A DNA stretch of 64,000 bases from Tubiluchus corallicola. Lineage: Eukaryota; Animalia; Priapulida. The first letter of the stretch is position 1. Every line of letters starts with the position of its first letter. The stretch lies in contig JAQGDQ010000596.1 in the NCBI GenBank assembly GCA_030141605.1, forward strand, positions 62,001 to 126,000, in the 5' to 3' direction. Below, one piece after another: positions 61,202 through 64,000 of the stretch. Position numbers and translations under genes: made by a program. The notes under the pieces were generated by a model that was given only the letters and a program-made list of their open reading frames with translations, was not told the origin of the DNA and ran no database searches.

Positions 61202-61524
61202 CCCTGCCAGGGCGACGATCTTGTACTAATGTTGACACAATATTTTTCCAAATATTTGGACAATATGGAAATGTGGACTTGCCAAAGCATTGTGCCAATA
61301 TTTTTAAACAATATAGTGTAGCAATTTATTGATTTTTTGGAAACGAGAGCCGATTAAATATGTGTAAATCTTGTGCTTACAATATTGGTCCAATATTGTA
61401 CCATTAATTGAACACAAATATCAATGCTGTACAAACATGGGGACAATATTTTCCGAACATATTTTTTGTTAAAATCATGACAAGATTGTGACCATTTGGT
61501 AACAAGATTGTGTGCCGTCTTGGG
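61202..61524. mobile_element. Probable CCC...GGG-ended (CMC/EnSpm-like) MITE remnant
   Basis: CCCTGCCAGGGC..GATCTTGT versus ACAAGATTGTGTGCCGTCTTGGG ends; many CAATATT subterminal repeats. Confidence 0.4.
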
Positions 61525-61988
61525 CAGCCGTAAGGTTAATATGAATCAAATTTCTCGACATACGTTTCTTCCGCAATCATTTTTACTGTGGAAGGAGATT
61601 TACTAAAAATTAATGCAACTCACGTCGTTGTCAGAAGGCGTGTGGTAAGAATATACGTCGTTCGGTTATTTTGAAACTTCGATTTATTAACTGCAGTAAA
61701 TTTAGTTTAGATTGTACTTGTAAGAACATGTTATATAGATGTTATATAGTCACTAATTCTTGCCAGTGGCTGGACTGCACCGCACGGAGATTAATAAGGC
61801 ATATGAGGCTGTATAATACACAGCATAATAGCTTAAATCTAGAATTATTATACTCCAAATGCTGTATTATTAATTTGCAAATTAAAGAATATTCCCTTTG
61901 TCGTATTTCAAACAGAAAACAATTAAAATAGCGAAATGGCTCACAGACCTTCATTCACTTTTACTGTCATTTTGTTTAGATATTTGTA

Positions 61989-62227
61989 CAGGGTGTTCGG
62001 AAAGACACTGTGCTCCTATGTATTAACTGACATGTTTCAATATAGCATACAGGAGATAAATATGAACGACAATTATAAACAATGTTCAAAGTGATCCCCG
62101 TTAGCATCAATACAGGCTTGGATCCTTCTGCTTTTGTTTGGATCAAAATCATAAAGGATCAAAAGCTGAAATGTCTAAAGAATAGTGCACAATTAGATAA
62201 GTGCACAGTGACTTTTCGAACACCCTG
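61989..62227. mobile_element. Tc1/mariner-type MITE
   Basis: 25-bp TIR CAGGGTGTTCGGAAAGACACTGTGC (23/25 match) flanked by TA on both sides. Confidence 0.85.
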
Positions 62228-62229
62228 TA

Positions 62230-62710
62230 CAATGGCTGAAATTAGTGGGGGTACTGCTTCCGAAAATCTTTGGCCATTGTTTTAATACTGTGCAAAACGG
62301 AACAAAACATATGTAATTTTAATGTTGTAATTTTAAACAAACAAACACATGAGAATTTATACGTAAACTTGATAAAATCCTAAACAAAAAAATCTTTTTT
62401 GCTTACTAACAGCCTAAATTGTCGCTGTTCAAGGTTGATCCATTCACGGTAATCACGTGACAACTGACAACAAACTGTGTGAGCGACAGTACTTTCTCTA
62501 CCTGGGCTTAGACATGTGCGCATGCCCGCATGCGCACAACAGCCCAAACACCACGTTGTGCTGGGTTATCGTCGCGTGTTCTGGTTTCCGTACAAGTATA
62601 AAGAAAAAACTAAAGAAAAAAGACTTATATTACGATGAATATTATCGATAATATTGAGTGAAAATAGAGGGTGCTGAAGTTTCACAGTATCTATACACGA
62701 GCCGCCACTG
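62230..62710 (-). mobile_element. hAT-type MITE (CAGTGGCGGCT family), copy 3
   Basis: Inverted relative to copies 1 and 2; perfect 8-bp TSD ACCCTGTA at 62222-62229 and 62711-62718. Confidence 0.88.
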
Positions 62711-63360
62711 ACCCTGTATATTGGTGAATTTAAGCTTCCTGCAAAATGTACGGTTTTGTTGCTTGCAATAAGAACTCAACATTAGCAGTATTGACTAAGA
62801 TCTGCCTCTGTTTACACCAGATCAAGGTGAGGGATGCATTTAAATGGCTGACAAAGCGGGTGAGGGATGCATTTAAATGGCTGACAAAGCGGAAATAACG
62901 ATGAATACTTAGCTAATGGAAACTTGGAGGTTAAACCGTTAAACCGTTTAGGTGCAGTAACCACTCAATTTATAATTACTAAATTAGATCCGGGTCGGGC
63001 GTTTGTTGCTTGAGATGTCCATTAAAACAGGTGCATTGCCCGTACGTGCCACGTTGAACACTTTGTTTGGCTTATTATTTTCATGTAAATCGCAGAAACA
63101 AAACCTGGCCTACAACACTAGAAAAAATGGGTGAAAACCTTCGCCAAGTAACGGGTTACGATACAAAAAATAACTCTTGAGTCTCTTTTACTAGTTAAAA
63201 TGCAAAAAAGGTCTTTAGTTTTCGTCGTTCTTGAACTTCTGTCACGCACAACATGGCCTTCAGGCGTTGCCAATCAAGAAATTTACTTTAAGCAAGGCTT
63301 TCATTCCCTGCCACAAAGGCTACAAGAGTCATACTGTCTCGTACTTGAATATATTGACGA

Positions 63361-64000
63361 CATATTTTTTATTTTATTTGATATGATAGCCCTATGTCAT
63401 GTGGGCCAAACAAGACACATTTTACAAAAGATCCACATCAATCTACATGCATATATGAGAGCATTTGGCTACGGTACATTGTATCAAATACATCAGATGA
63501 CTTTTCTTCATTACTAAGCATTACATAGTTAGGATTCAGCTCAATTATAAAACTAATTAAAAAGTTATGTTCTTCTGTGTTCTTTGGGCAATTGAAACAA
63601 AAAAAATGATATTCAACCTCTATGACATTGCAGATTTCACAAAGACGATCCTCTCTAGCTATCCGAGGTCTATAATAACTGCCTGTTTCAATTGCCAAGA
63701 CTGTGTGCATTAGTTCTAAGTTTACTTAACGATTTCCTGTCTTTAATATTTTTGAAATCTCATAAATAAGATTCAAATATAAAATCTGATTAAACATGTT
63801 GATAAAATTGAAATTTAGATATATTTGTTACAGACTGTCTCCAGGTTATTACATAGTTAACTTTATGTCCTTCTTCAGCAAGGCAAACTGTATTAAGCGG
63901 TATGACGTCAGCATCTAACAATGTGTTTAAGCGGTATGACGTCAGCATCTAACAATGTGTTCAAATGTATCCCATTTAACACCAGGTTAAATGATTCATA
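63361..64000 (-). mobile_element. Decayed non-LTR retrotransposon (CR1/L2 group) ORF2 C-terminus and 3' tail
   Basis: LSKLRTNAH/frameshift/LAIETGSYY..REDRLCEICNVIEVEYHFF..CP matches the common LINE C-terminal Cys/His motif; AATAAAATAAAA tail near 63365. Confidence 0.75.

Overview
AT-rich genomic DNA from an invertebrate animal (GT-AG introns, microsatellites, MITEs, decayed non-LTR retrotransposons); no prokaryotic features, rRNA, intact tRNA or CRISPR array were seen. Six protein-coding genes are supported: a two-exon GT32/DXD glycosyltransferase (+), two divergently oriented paralogous C2H2 zinc-finger genes sharing a conserved isolated N-terminal finger (-/+, separated by a dead CR1-type LINE), CCDC134 (+), five-exon ALG14 (-) and SPT6/SUPT6H (-). 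A probable first exon of a seventh, secreted-protein gene lies near 61 kb. The main observations are: (i) SPT6 (5.1 kb) and CCDC134 have intron-free coding regions while neighbouring ALG14 keeps introns, and all four single-exon CDSs have a splice acceptor 18-123 nt before the ATG; (ii) the zinc-finger pair may define an undescribed N-terminal ZNF module followed by a SUMO consensus; (iii) an 81-bp in-frame tandem array copies a zinc-finger helix together with its stop codon; (iv) three degenerate hammerhead-ribozyme-like motifs, two within inverted repeats; (v) several nested MITEs with readable TIRs and TSDs. All calls were made by eye without database searches; repeat boundaries are approximate unless TIR/TSD coordinates are given.
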